The notes under the pieces: generated by a model
Told to the model about the DNA's origin: nothing
The model's input: the letters and a program-made list of their open reading frames with translations, nothing else
Database searches by the model: none
In this document: in pieces, positions 9,762 to 21,209 of the stretch
Layout: every line of letters starts with the position of its first letter
How positions within the stretch are numbered: position 1 is the stretch's first letter
Made by a program: the position numbers and the translations under genes
NCBI GenBank assembly: GCA_937625935.1
Contig: OW569345.1
Location: forward strand, 62,001-126,000
Reading direction: 5' to 3'
Origin: Tetramitus jugosus
Lineage: Eukaryota; Protista; Heterolobosea
Length of the DNA stretch: 64,000 nt

Positions 9762-12410
9762 ATGAACAACAACAATAACATTTCTCAGATCAATCCCATG
9801 TTCATTCCACACAGTACTCAACACGAATCCATGTTCATTGGTCGTCTGTTGAGTGCCCACAAGATGATTTGTCAATACAGTGATCCTCTGTTGCAAGCAA
9901 GAGCCCTTTCTGTGATCCCAGAGGACAAGCTACGGTACCAAGCCCAGTTAAAGTATGAACAAGAAAATCGTCAACCACAAGATTCCATTGCACAGCATGA
10001 CATGGATCACTATGTCATTAAAGAGCTGCTCCACTGGTTCAAATCAGAGTTTTTCAAGTGGGTAGATGCTCCTCCGTGTGATCACTGTGGTCACTCACAG
10101 ACAAAGGCCATTGGTCGCAGTGGGCCCAACACTGCTCAGGAGAGAGAAGGCCTGGCAAGTGTCGTTGAAGTCTATCAGTGCTCTTCGTGCCAACAAATGA
10201 CTCGTTTTCCTAGATACAATCACGCGAGTAGGTTGTTGGAGACGAGAAGGGGTCGTTGTGGCGAATGGGCACAATGTTTTACACTCATGTGCATTGCAAT
10301 GGGATACAAGGCTCGTTTTGTGAACGATTGGACAGATCATGTGTGGACAGAGGTGTTTATTGAACGGAGATGGCAACACGCCGATAGTTGTGAAGCGACG
10401 TTGGATGCGAGTCAAATGTATGAATCTGGTTGGGGCAAGAAGCTGAACATGATTGTGGCAGCGGGTTTTGACGAGTTGGTCGATGTGACTCGAAGATATA
10501 CGAAACAATTCTATACGGAGGAGTTTCAAATGAGAAGAAGACAACTGGGAGTCTCAGAAGACTTTGTTGCGCAGTGCTTGACCAATATGAATTATCAGTT
10601 GCAGTTTGTAATGACGCCGCAGAAGATTCAAGAGCTGAATTTCATGCAGACGCAAGAGCAGGAAGAGTTGAAGCAGACGCAACGAGATGCAATGGATTCG
10701 ATCAAGGTGGAAGAATTGAGAGGTAGACAATCTGGTTCAAAGCAGTGGGTAGAGAGCAGAGGAGAAGGTGGTAGTTCATCCACGGAGAAGAAATCCATGT
10801 GCATTACTCCACCCATAGGCGTCGATATCAAGCAATTAGATTCATGGAGCCGCGATCACCCCAATCTATTCCAAAGCGAGAGTTCAAGCTTTTCATTCCT
10901 AGCATCGGCAAGACAGTTTAGAGAGGGTGATGAACCATGTGCACGATTAACTCCCAACCAGACATCACAAGTCGGAGCAGTTTGGTATCAGAAAAAACTG
11001 GACATATCTCAACTGGGATCACTCTACATATCTTTCACATTCCGAACAGTGGGAAGAGGAGCTGATGGATTTGCATTTGTGTTGCAAGCAGATTCATCGA
11101 GTGCCATTGGTGAGGGTGGATGTGGCATAGGATACCAAGGTATCAAGAATAGTGTGGCAATAGAGTTTGATACCTATTGTACGTACGATCGATGCAATGA
11201 CCCCGATGGCAATCACATATCGATTCAGACGAGATATTCAGAACCCAATTCTGCTCATCATCACTACTCTCTTTCTTGTACCAAGAATTTGGAATCGGAC
11301 TATGGAGTCATGTTGAATGATGGCAAAATTCACCATGCTAAGCTTGTGTATGATCATTCAACAAAGAAAATGCATGTCTCAGTAGATGGCCTTTGGATTC
11401 TCAGAGATGTTCAGATCGATTTGAACAAGGTATTGAATCAGAGTAGTTGCTGGATGGGTTTTACTGCTGCAACAGGTGGATTATGTCAGGCTCATGATAT
11501 TCTAACATTTACCACATGCTCGACTACCACAGTTGGTGGTGAATCGAGTCGCAACCGTACTGAATATGTGCTCTATAGTGCAGGCAACGTTGCAGGAATT
11601 AAGAAAAAGTTAATCGAGTTCAATTCATCATTGCTTGATCCTTCCACAGCCTTGAGTGGGGTTGAACTGAGCACCTTGACAAATGTCATGAACTGTCTTG
11701 ATAGTGTATCTCACTCCTTCAAGTGGAACGATGAACTACATGGTATTGTATTCAAGATTTTGGATACATGGCCTCAAGCAAAGCACTTCCCAGTGCTAGA
11801 CTTGATTCGATTGTGTTGCCATAGATATTCCACTGCAATGTGTGATTACTATTCTCAGCGGAACTCTTTCTGTTCAAAGTTACTATTGGACAAAAAAGCG
11901 CAGCCTGCTGCAAACCGAATGATTCTCTATCGTTTGCTTTGCAATGCACTGGGTTCAACAGAATTAAGACTCAAAGTAATCATGCCTGAAATTCGTGTGA
12001 TCACTGACAATGTTTTGGAGGAGAGTTCTTCTTGGTCTCTCTCTGCAAGTGACAAAGCACCAGTTCGAGAGCCATTCTTTGCCTTTGTTCATAATCTTGT
12101 ATTGATGCTTAGTGAAATCAAGGAACATGAAGAAGATGTCTTGGTTCAAGTACTAAATGCGGAGATATCCTTGTTGAAGCAAGAGCTGGGGTCTAGTGAT
12201 TTGGAAGACAAGAATATCCATCTGATGCTCAGATCTCTCGTACATTCCCTCCAGATACGACCTGACGAAGAGGCAGAAGAAGGTTCCGTCATCAAGTTCA
12301 TTTTGATTTCAATGGACATTCTGGAGTTACTTACTGCTATAGCTTCCAATCCGAAGATCTCATCTACCACGCAACAGTTTGCGCAAAAGGTGTCAGATCT
12401 TTTACAGTAA
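9762..12410 (+). CDS. NGLY1: Peptide:N-glycanase with an L-type lectin domain and a C-terminal PUL domain
   Basis: LLHWFKSEFFKWVD, two CxxC zinc motifs, RFPRYN, catalytic triad RGRC166GEWA / DH193VWTE / AD208SCE and YESGWGKKL. Lectin motifs GADGFAF, VAIEFDT, GFTAATGG; PUL motif FPVLDLIRL. Confidence 0.9.
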   Translation: MNNNNNISQINPMFIPHSTQHESMFIGRLLSAHKMICQYSDPLLQARALSVIPEDKLRYQAQLKYEQENRQPQDSIAQHDMDHYVIKELLHWFKSEFFKWVDAPPCDHCGHSQTKAIGRSGPNTAQEREGLASVVEVYQCSSCQQMTRFPRYNHASRLLETRRGRCGEWAQCFTLMCIAMGYKARFVNDWTDHVWTEVFIERRWQHADSCEATLDASQMYESGWGKKLNMIVAAGFDELVDVTRRYTKQFYTEEFQMRRRQLGVSEDFVAQCLTNMNYQLQFVMTPQKIQELNFMQTQEQEELKQTQRDAMDSIKVEELRGRQSGSKQWVESRGEGGSSSTEKKSMCITPPIGVDIKQLDSWSRDHPNLFQSESSSFSFLASARQFREGDEPCARLTPNQTSQVGAVWYQKKLDISQLGSLYISFTFRTVGRGADGFAFVLQADSSSAIGEGGCGIGYQGIKNSVAIEFDTYCTYDRCNDPDGNHISIQTRYSEPNSAHHHYSLSCTKNLESDYGVMLNDGKIHHAKLVYDHSTKKMHVSVDGLWILRDVQIDLNKVLNQSSCWMGFTAATGGLCQAHDILTFTTCSTTTVGGESSRNRTEYVLYSAGNVAGIKKKLIEFNSSLLDPSTALSGVELSTLTNVMNCLDSVSHSFKWNDELHGIVFKILDTWPQAKHFPVLDLIRLCCHRYSTAMCDYYSQRNSFCSKLLLDKKAQPAANRMILYRLLCNALGSTELRLKVIMPEIRVITDNVLEESSSWSLSASDKAPVREPFFAFVHNLVLMLSEIKEHEEDVLVQVLNAEISLLKQELGSSDLEDKNIHLMLRSLVHSLQIRPDEEAEEGSVIKFILISMDILELLTAIASNPKISSTTQQFAQKVSDLLQ

Positions 12411-12468
12411 AGTTAATGTTACCAACAACCCTTCCTAATTATTTTATTCTGTATATTACAAACCAACC

Positions 12469-14595
12469 CTAATTTCTAAACTTGAATGACTCAATCTCCT
12501 TGCTAATTTCTGCCAAAACTGATTCATCTTCGATCGTTGCCGGTGCTTTGTACTCTTGTTTGTTGACCATCTTTCTCAGAATGTTTCTCAAGATCTTTCC
12601 CGACCTGGTCTTTGGTAATCGCTTCACAACAATACAGTTCTTAAAGCAAGCCAAAGGTCCAATTTCATGACGCACCAAATGCACACACTCTTGTTGAACC
12701 TCTTGATTTGTCTTGGTGACACCATTGTTCAACACAACGAAGCCAACAGGGACTTCGCCTTTAATCTCGTCATACATTCCCACAACAGCACCTTCGGAGA
12801 CTGCTTTGTTCATTGTCAACACTTGCTCCATTTCACTAGTAGACAATCGATGTGCTGCAACATTGATGATATCATCAGTTCTGGACATAATGTACACGTT
12901 GCCCCGTTGATCAATGTGTCCAGCGTCTCCAGTGTTATAATATCCTGGATACGCTTCCAAATAACCACTCTTGTATCTATCGTCATTGTTCCATAGACCG
13001 GAGAGAGTGCCTGGAGGCAGAGGCAGTTTGATCACTACTTGACCTTCACTCCTGCCATCGTGGCCACTTGCTTCCGATGAATCATCGCCTTCCATACTCA
13101 ATATTCTTACATCATATCCAGGCACTGGTGTGTAACATGATCCAGACACAATATCCAACGGTTTGGTGTCGTTTAGACCTAGCATCTTGGAGCAAATGGG
13201 CCATCCTGTCTCTGTCTGCCACCAATTGTCCAACACTGGAATCTTGTTGTCCAAAATACCAGAGATCCACTTCAGAGTCTCTGGATCGCATCTCTCACCG
13301 GCAACAAACACGCTTCTCAACGAAGACATGTCAAATTTTTTGATTCCAGATCCGGTGGGATCCTCCTTGCGAATGGCTCTCCATGCAGTAGGCGCAGCAA
13401 ACACACAATTCACCTTGTGTTGACTCATGAGCCTCCAATAGGCATTGGCATCAGGTGTCGACACTGGTTTTCCCTCATATAGGATACATGTGGCACCATG
13501 AATCAACGGACCATATGCAATGTAACTGTGACCAACAACCCAGCCAATATCCGATGCAGCAAACATGACATCATCCTCTCTCACACCAAACACATTGTAC
13601 ATGGAGTATTTGAGAGCGACGAGGTGACCTCCAGTGGGACGAATCACACCCTTGGGTGAACCTGTTGTGCCACTCGTGTACAACACGTAGGATGGATCAT
13701 TGGAATCTACAGGGACGCACTCCTCTACTGGCTGTTTACAGTTCTTGACCTCATCTTCCCAGTCAAAGTCTCTCTGAGGATTCAGTGGCGATGGAACATA
13801 GGAGGAGTTCTTGTTATTGAGTGTTCTCTGATAGACGAGACACTGAACACCGTGGACGCCATCCTTTTCGAGCTCATTGATCGCATGATCCACAAACTTT
13901 TTGTAATCAATGACCTTTGAGTTGGGCTCGACACCAAAATTGGAGCACAAGATGAGCTTTGAACGTGCATCTTTGACTCGAAAGGCCAACTCGTGACCAG
14001 AGAAGCCACCAAACACAACAGAATGAATCGCACCAATTCTCTGACACGCAAGCATAGCTACAATCGCATCAGGTATCATGGGCATATAGATCATCACCGT
14101 ATCACCCTTCTTCACATGAAATCGATGTCGTAAAACGCCCGCCAAAATCTTTACGCGCTCCCAAATTTCTCCGTAGCTCAAATGTTGGACAACGCCGCCA
14201 GTCAGCGGAGAATCGTAAATCAGCGCAGTTTTGTCCTTTAATTGAGGCAAGTGTCGATCGAGAGCGTTGTAACATGTGTTGGTTTGGCCGCCAACGTACC
14301 ATTGGGCCCTTCCATAGGGGTTTCTCTCAGGATCACTATCAAAGCTAAGCACACTGTCATATGGTTTCATCCATGCAATGTTCTGAGCTTGTTGATGCCA
14401 AAAATCTTGAGCTCCACCATTTTCAAAATCAATGGATTGCTTGTACACTTGTTCATAATTCGAATATGATCTTATTGTTCTCAACGTCAAGTTGTTGTTG
14501 GCAGCAGCACGACACAAGTTCAGGTGAGAACGTGAAGATGACAATGGATGATGGTTGGCAGTGGAAACGAGGAGACGGCGAGTCGTATGATACAT
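12469..14595 (-). CDS. ACSS3: Short-chain acyl-CoA (propionyl-CoA) synthetase with a mitochondrial presequence
   Basis: YTSGTTGSPKG, ASDIGWVVGHSY, DNWWQTETG, HRLST, LPKTRSGKILR; Arg/Ser-rich N-terminus. Confidence 0.9.
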   Translation of the reverse strand: MYHTTRRLLVSTANHHPLSSSRSHLNLCRAAANNNLTLRTIRSYSNYEQVYKQSIDFENGGAQDFWHQQAQNIAWMKPYDSVLSFDSDPERNPYGRAQWYVGGQTNTCYNALDRHLPQLKDKTALIYDSPLTGGVVQHLSYGEIWERVKILAGVLRHRFHVKKGDTVMIYMPMIPDAIVAMLACQRIGAIHSVVFGGFSGHELAFRVKDARSKLILCSNFGVEPNSKVIDYKKFVDHAINELEKDGVHGVQCLVYQRTLNNKNSSYVPSPLNPQRDFDWEDEVKNCKQPVEECVPVDSNDPSYVLYTSGTTGSPKGVIRPTGGHLVALKYSMYNVFGVREDDVMFAASDIGWVVGHSYIAYGPLIHGATCILYEGKPVSTPDANAYWRLMSQHKVNCVFAAPTAWRAIRKEDPTGSGIKKFDMSSLRSVFVAGERCDPETLKWISGILDNKIPVLDNWWQTETGWPICSKMLGLNDTKPLDIVSGSCYTPVPGYDVRILSMEGDDSSEASGHDGRSEGQVVIKLPLPPGTLSGLWNNDDRYKSGYLEAYPGYYNTGDAGHIDQRGNVYIMSRTDDIINVAAHRLSTSEMEQVLTMNKAVSEGAVVGMYDEIKGEVPVGFVVLNNGVTKTNQEVQQECVHLVRHEIGPLACFKNCIVVKRLPKTRSGKILRNILRKMVNKQEYKAPATIEDESVLAEISKEIESFKFRN

Positions 14596-14774
14596 TTTTC
14601 TTGTTCAAGAAGAGGTGTGAGTTGTTGCTCTATTGTACAGTAAAGAAGTTGTTGTTCGTTGATTTTTTCTCAAGAGAAAAAATGCAGGGAAAAGGAGACT
14701 GCCAGAGTGAAATCAAACTTGAGTTCTGTTTTTTTTAGTCACCACACAACACATTCAATAAAAAGGGTTGATGA

Positions 14775-16260
14775 ATGCGCGAATCGTTGGTGCGATTAAA
14801 GTACGCAGCAAACAGCCAAACGGTGCGTGTGCGGGATCCGTCACTCACCGTTGGTGATGATTGGTTTGGATTGAACGGTGATATCTTTGGAAATGAACCC
14901 GTAGAGCAGCTGATTGTGAAACAGAGTGTGATCTTTATTTTGACACAGTCAGGTCGTGTGGTGCTATGGGATCAAAACTGGGAGCAAGGCTCATGGTCCA
15001 TGGTTGGAGGTATCATTATGGACAGGTGTGTCAAGGAATTGCAATTCGACCATGGTTGCGCACTCTCGGATCGAGTGACCGGAATGGAAGTGAGCGATAC
15101 AGCGTGTTTCTTTGTCTGTGCGTCAGGTGCTGTCTTTGTTATGGGAACAAATAATGCGAATTGCCTAGGATTGAGATATCCATGCTTTGAGAGAATTACC
15201 AAACCCATGTTGATGGATCCGCTTTTGTTAAAGAATGAGAAATGCATTCGGATCGTGTGTGCCGGACTATCCACTCGCTTTGTCACTGTCCCGCGGTACC
15301 AAGGGTTTTCCTCGTATGGGCACAACATTTATAGCTGTGGCATGAGTATGTATACCATGTAGACCATGTTGATGCTACTTGATGATACTCACACTTTCTT
15401 TTGTGCTTGCATCCAGACTCGCGTGGTGAAGGGGCTGTGGGTGGAATTGTTCCTCGTGAGTTGACCTCTCCTGTTCAAGTTCACTCTTTGTTGCTTCAAA
15501 ATGAGCTGATTCATAAGATTGTTGCGGGCAATCACTCGTACATGATGTTGACTGAGAGTGGTCGAGTATTGGTGAATGGGTATGTATTCATGCAAGTTAA
15601 CCAGAGAAAACCAAAAACTAATATGTTGTTATCAACACTGCATTTTAATATTCAGGTCCAATGCAGGCAATCAATTATTCAAAACTGGTACAACAGCTCT
15701 CATATCACAGTTGGTTGAAGTAAAGTGTTCTTGTATTGTGCGCGATATTGCCAGCAGATCCAACTCTTTTGCTATGTTACAAGGTAAGTACTTCAGTCCT
15801 ATACAGTGTATCTTCCAAGTTCATAATCGCGCTAAAGCTTATTGTTCAACAATGCAGGTGGAAAACTACGCACTTCATCCAAATTCTTCGCTGGGCCAAT
15901 CAACTTTGGTTGCAATCCAGTCAATTTTGCTCATATTTACGCTAGTTCAACAACATTTGTTGCTGTGACAGGAGACAATGATGTTTACTTGGTCGATGGT
16001 GACGAGACAGAAGGCGCTAAACTTGACTTGTGGCCTCGGAAGATGTTGGACAAATATGAAGTCTCTTTCTCGTCTAGTTCTGTGTTATCGGTCTTCTATT
16101 GCATATGTATGTACGCTCCTTCCTGCTAATCCACATCACAATATCTCTAACACTGAATTTTACAGTGAGTAAGAATGCAGTTGCACGAAGTTTTCCTAGA
16201 ATGAATCAATTCGTCGAGAGTGAATCTCTCTCAGATATCATGTTTGTACTACAAAATTAA
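14775..16260 (+). CDS. RCC1/BLIP-II repeat protein (5 exons; introns 15346-15416, 15580-15655, 15784-15857, 16107-16165)
   Basis: RCC1-like repeats (LTQSGRV, VFVMGTNNANCLG, SCGMNSRGEGAVG, IVAGNHSYMMLTESGRV). GT-AG introns join four ORF fragments and a final exon ending SDIMFVLQN*. Confidence 0.75.
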
Positions 16261-18525
16261 GCGCAACCGTTCAGGACAGCGATCTATCTTGCTCCACACA
16301 CGATCTGGTACAGTGTCTAGACCAACAGCTTTCTCTTCGTGAGTAATGATAGAATCAAATTTGTGGGGAATAGGTGAGTCACAATATTCGCACAGCCATG
16401 CTTCCTGTTTGCTAAAGGTACTCAATCTGGTATCTTGACGTTTTCGTCCACGAGCTGAAAGAGGTGGACTGTCCGTGTTCGTTTTAACTTTGTAGGACAT
16501 GCTAGTTTCAAGTACTGTTATAAATTCATTCTTCCATCCATGTCTCGGATCATGATACACGAATACTTTGATCGGTATGGCCAATTCCTTTGTCGCTAGT
16601 AAAATTCGAGGACCGGAAACATAAAGATGAAGAGGTACTCTTGCCTTATTGTACACCTCCTCGACCCACACTTGTTTCAAGTGTTCCAAAATTTGTTTCT
16701 CCAACTTATCACTACATTTGTCGCATGCGAGCGTTGTTTCTCTTGGGAGACGAGCGATCCATTCTCCAATCTTCTTTGGGCCCCTAGGTGATGAACTATC
16801 TGGATTTGGCACCACCAACGTAAACGCACCTGTAGAGATTGGCGCACTGATCTTGGTGTCAAACGTTGGCTCAATCTGAGAGTTTGTCGAAGGGTTTCGT
16901 AGCATAAATCTCATCTCATACTCAATCTCATAATTCTTACCCAGTGGAAACTGAAGACTCAACTTGACAAAGTTTTGCGATGCAACTTCCCATGAGTCCG
17001 GATTCGATATCGAATCAAAGTTAAACACTGGAATCTTGATCGTCTGATTAAACGCCCAAAAGTCCACCTTTTCGGATGCACACTCCTGGTCTGACTGTAT
17101 TGCACCAATACTACCAAAATTTCCATGCGACCAGCAATTGAACTGTTTCTCAATCTCTCCTTCGCCCACTAGATAGACACCATCGACTTTTAAGAACACG
17201 AGAATAAAAAGACTGTGAACAGTTCTAAAAGCCGGTCCATATATCAAATCGATCACCTCCTTACTCTTCTTCTTCTCCTTGATGAGCTTTGCGAGTGCGT
17301 AATTTCGAAGTGCGTGTGGCCAATAAGCTCTACCATAGATTGGATCACCCAAATAGAAAATGTTTTTCAAGTTGGAGTCATCAGCAGGAGATCTCGGTAT
17401 TTCACTATCAGAAAACACAATATGAGAGTGATACTGCTCTCTGAATGCGTTCCACCATGTTGTACTTCTTTCCTCGAATCGATTCGTGAAATCAAACTTT
17501 GAGCAGGGCGTAATCAACACACGAATCGGTCCATACTGTTTAATCATTTTTTGACTGCACTGTGCACTGTTTGACAGTACAAGTTTCGATGCTTGATTAC
17601 CCGAGTTTCCACCGACAGATAATGACGATGATGATGATGATGCGAACGTACTGGGCGAGAATCCATCATGACTCGAACTACTACTATTGGACAAGCTCTT
17701 GTGATGTTTTGAGAATTGAAACTTGAGACTCTGAACAACACTATTGTACAGCGATGTGAGCGAAGTGAGCATATCACTCGAAATGTTTGAAAACATGACA
17801 TCGTGTCTCTCACATGTAAACAGTGACATGCTCCTCACATGCTCCAAATGTGTCATCCAATGCCTGAATTGATATGTGTCTGGACATTGAACCATGAGAT
17901 GATCATGACACGCATCTAAACTGATTCTTTCAGGAGTGCTACTCTTGATCCCACTGCTATGACCACCACTACCACTGCTACCACTGCTACTACTGCTACC
18001 GGTATTGTTACTGTTTCTGCTACGATGATTCGAATCATTGTCACCACCACCACTACCATCATAATCATCAGAAATACCACCACCACCACTACTACTACCA
18101 CTGCCAAGGTGAGACGAGAGTGAAACAATTTCAATCACGTGATTCTTGAGTGCAATGACACATGTTACATGATACATATCAATCGTGTAGATGGGAGTGT
18201 CAAGTGGCGTAATCTTATCAGTCCAGTAGCATGATAAGCTACTGCAGTTTTTGATTTTGTTGTATCGCAGGACAAAGTAGCATCGATCCGTGTAGTGCAC
18301 AATGGGTGATGAAAGAGACTTTTTGGACGACTTTTGAGCAGAGGAGGGTCGCGATCCCGTCGTAAAGAAAGACAGTTTTCCCTTCCCCGACTTTTTTGTG
18401 GCGCCAAAAGAATCATCCGACGATAAATCTCCAGAGGAGAATTGATTGCGTTTTTTGGATTGTTTTTTGACCCATTGGGGTAGTTGTGTGTCCAGAAAAC
18501 CCTGGATGAGCACATGAGGGTCCAT
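16249..18525 (-). CDS. PH-domain-containing protein with low-complexity inserts and an unknown C-terminal region
   Basis: Split PH-like elements: LIQGFL, RCYFVLRY, LSCYW, PIYTIDM, LMVQC..QFRHWMTHL. Confidence 0.65.
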   Translation of the reverse strand: MDPHVLIQGFLDTQLPQWVKKQSKKRNQFSSGDLSSDDSFGATKKSGKGKLSFFTTGSRPSSAQKSSKKSLSSPIVHYTDRCYFVLRYNKIKNCSSLSCYWTDKITPLDTPIYTIDMYHVTCVIALKNHVIEIVSLSSHLGSGSSSGGGGISDDYDGSGGGDNDSNHRSRNSNNTGSSSSSGSSGSGGHSSGIKSSTPERISLDACHDHLMVQCPDTYQFRHWMTHLEHVRSMSLFTCERHDVMFSNISSDMLTSLTSLYNSVVQSLKFQFSKHHKSLSNSSSSSHDGFSPSTFASSSSSSLSVGGNSGNQASKLVLSNSAQCSQKMIKQYGPIRVLITPCSKFDFTNRFEERSTTWWNAFREQYHSHIVFSDSEIPRSPADDSNLKNIFYLGDPIYGRAYWPHALRNYALAKLIKEKKKSKEVIDLIYGPAFRTVHSLFILVFLKVDGVYLVGEGEIEKQFNCWSHGNFGSIGAIQSDQECASEKVDFWAFNQTIKIPVFNFDSISNPDSWEVASQNFVKLSLQFPLGKNYEIEYEMRFMLRNPSTNSQIEPTFDTKISAPISTGAFTLVVPNPDSSSPRGPKKIGEWIARLPRETTLACDKCSDKLEKQILEHLKQVWVEEVYNKARVPLHLYVSGPRILLATKELAIPIKVFVYHDPRHGWKNEFITVLETSMSYKVKTNTDSPPLSARGRKRQDTRLSTFSKQEAWLCEYCDSPIPHKFDSIITHEEKAVGLDTVPDRVWSKIDRCPERLRLIL

Positions 18526-18809
18526 TTACTCGTCTTCTATGAATTGGTTTGTTTGTGGTAGATGTTCTTGTTTTTTGTTTTTGTGTCCCGTCACAAACGC
18601 ACAATCTCTTTGTTGCTGTTTCGTTGGTTTTGTTGACCGTTTGACATTGACAGGTCGATGTTTTCTTCTTTGGGAAACGAGTAAAAAATCAGTTCAGGAG
18701 TTGTTGTATACCGAGCCCTTATTGGCTTACGATGTTTCTTAATGATGTGTAGAGGTTCAATCATTTGGGGACGTTCATGTCAAATCTCTGACAATGGATC
18801 CATTGATGC

Positions 18810-20879
18810 TTAAGGAACCTTACTCCTGGAATGATTCATTTGACTGGCTGTGATAAATGTCGAGGAGGAGAGGATGAATTGGGGCAAATTTCGAATCAAC
18901 TTATCCCAATTATTGCATTTGAGACTAGCTTGAAGGGATACAGTCTGGAACAGGGATGCTTGACGAAGTTGCTCCGAACTCTCACTCGTGTGTTCTTTCA
19001 TTGCCTCTAGACAGAGCAGATGCACCATTGAAAGTATCAACTGAGACAACAGATGGATACCTTTCATATTTTTTGCTAACTTAGCAGCAAGCATTTTGTC
19101 TCTCTTGTTGGACTGGCGATTCAGTATCAACGTCATACTCTGACTATATGTTTCACCAGTAATCGTAAAAACTTCTCGAAGGTGGAAAACAACCTTTCTA
19201 AGAACATAGATGGAATTCAGGCCTACAGACATACAGTTTCCAATTTTACCCACAAAATATGACGGAAACTCAATCTCTGTTAAGATCAGATCCTGAGAGG
19301 CGGAGTCAGAATTGTCAAAGTTGATTCCGGTATGATGAAGCATAAGTATTTGATCTTGAAGATTTCGGATCGCACTGAGACAAGTTGATTCATCTGGTAC
19401 CAATAGGACGAGAGGTTTTCCTAGCTCTTTGGCAATCTGATGTTTCGGTAGAGTGCATTCAACATACTTGTCATAAAATCTGAGTAACTCATTCCTACAT
19501 TGTACAATGTCCTCAGCGAGCATCTTAGCGGGATGAAAATAGGAAGAGTAAGAATGATAATAGAGATGAATGATTGATTCTTGATCATCATTGCTATGCT
19601 CTTCTGTGGGTGGTGACTTGTATTTCTTGAACAAAATCACACACAAGTACACAAGAATGTCTGCAATAGATGAGGGAACATTGCTTGGAACGAGACATCC
19701 ATGAGCTACTTTGTCACGTATTCTTGGTCCATCCTTCCAAAATAGAACATCGAACAACATGTGCATAATCTTGTCTCCTAGCTCCTGGTATAACTTGTTA
19801 GGCACCTTAGTTGTTTTGTCTGTAACGATCGTATCTAGAATCTCATCAAATGTTGTGTAAGCTTCATCCGTGTCGGCACAATGTATTCGATCTTCACAAT
19901 TGTTCACAATTCCAAACAATCTTCGTAGCGAATGCTCCAACAAAGGCAATAGAAGCGAGATGCAATAAAAATATTGCTTTGAATCATACAACGAGAAAGC
20001 TTTCTGCCAATCCACCAAACGATTGGCTGGTATAAACTCAGTATCCGCAGTCAACTCCAACATCTGCTCAACGCTCACACTGACCTTCGGAATCGAGATT
20101 GAATCCATCACGGGACGCAAGTCGAAACTGTTTCTCACATTCTTCTTTGCTCGTACTTCAGGCAGCGCTCCGACACTAACAATCAGAGCAAACAAGAAGG
20201 AGATGAACGAGTTTGGCAGATCATTGCAACCTAGAAATCCATGCCAGAGTAAGTTTCGAGCATTGAGAGACTGGATGGGACCGGTGAAGCATCGAATAAT
20301 AAACAGAACATTATCGCCCAAGTATTTGCTCATCTCAGGATTCGTCAATATATCATTGATTTTCATTTCTCTGGAAGAAATCTCTTCAGGTGACACCTTC
20401 TTAGAGCTCAACAACAAATCACCAATGGCTCTCTCAAACATTGTAATACCCAACGCAAAACAGAGCCAATACTCCCCTGCTTGATACAACCGTAGACACT
20501 CGTCCAACAATTCATAGTGTGCAAAGTATTGAATAGATTCAACATCATCAACAATACTCAAAATGTTGTTCGCAGCCATGAGTGTTTCATGGATCACCGG
20601 ATGCATAACTTCAATCACTGGACGCAAATGAATGGATGCAATTTTCACACTCTCCAAGTCAGGTTCCAATGATGTTGGAGAATCAACAACATTGTTCTCG
20701 ATATAATCTCTCTTCTTTATGAAGTAAGGGGATTCCCAATTGATCAATAACTTTTCCGTGTTGATCAACTGTAAAATATCTCCGTCATCGGGCAGAACCA
20801 ACGGATCAAAGTGGTAGAGCATTCGTTGGACACGATCAGACAGAGCAGGAGGCTCATGAGATGGGAACAGGATCACCAT
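18810..20879 (-). CDS. ERMARD: ER membrane-associated RNA degradation protein (DUF4209 family)
   Basis: ERAIGD, GP..SLNARNLLWHGF, LLLPLLEHSLRRLF, YTTFDEIL, GPRIRDKVAHG. Confidence 0.8.
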   Translation of the reverse strand: MVILFPSHEPPALSDRVQRMLYHFDPLVLPDDGDILQLINTEKLLINWESPYFIKKRDYIENNVVDSPTSLEPDLESVKIASIHLRPVIEVMHPVIHETLMAANNILSIVDDVESIQYFAHYELLDECLRLYQAGEYWLCFALGITMFERAIGDLLLSSKKVSPEEISSREMKINDILTNPEMSKYLGDNVLFIIRCFTGPIQSLNARNLLWHGFLGCNDLPNSFISFLFALIVSVGALPEVRAKKNVRNSFDLRPVMDSISIPKVSVSVEQMLELTADTEFIPANRLVDWQKAFSLYDSKQYFYCISLLLPLLEHSLRRLFGIVNNCEDRIHCADTDEAYTTFDEILDTIVTDKTTKVPNKLYQELGDKIMHMLFDVLFWKDGPRIRDKVAHGCLVPSNVPSSIADILVYLCVILFKKYKSPPTEEHSNDDQESIIHLYYHSYSSYFHPAKMLAEDIVQCRNELLRFYDKYVECTLPKHQIAKELGKPLVLLVPDESTCLSAIRNLQDQILMLHHTGINFDNSDSASQDLILTEIEFPSYFVGKIGNCMSVGLNSIYVLRKVVFHLREVFTITGETYSQSMTLILNRQSNKRDKMLAAKLAKNMKGIHLLSQLILSMVHLLCLEAMKEHTSESSEQLRQASLFQTVSLQASLKCNNWDKLIRNLPQFILSSSTFITASQMNHSRSKVP

Positions 20880-21209
20880 TGTTTTTCGTTTGTTTTTGTT
20901 TGGTGAATTTTCTCTTGGAGGTGCAATTTCATTGCTGCATCAATGCATTGAAGGTGAGGACCCTTTTTCTTGGAGCCTAAGAAGATGTACAAACATTTGA
21001 TAAGGAAATGAATCATGTGGTTGTCCAATTTCTTTTCCGCCGTGGAGCAGCGAAAATGAAGCGAATCACACTGCCCATAAGCACTATTCCTACTACGTCA
21101 CCAGGACGCAATAAGCTTCATATTAAGAATACTAGATCATATACTAGTCGCCTCCTTTCTGCCTACTTTCTACCGTAAAAAGAGGCACTTAAAAAAAATC
21201 ACCTAAAAA

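Noticed and set aside
18741-18792. Possible C/D box snoRNA (ATGATG...CTGA)
   Set aside because: Imperfect C box, short, no terminal stem and no recognisable guide.
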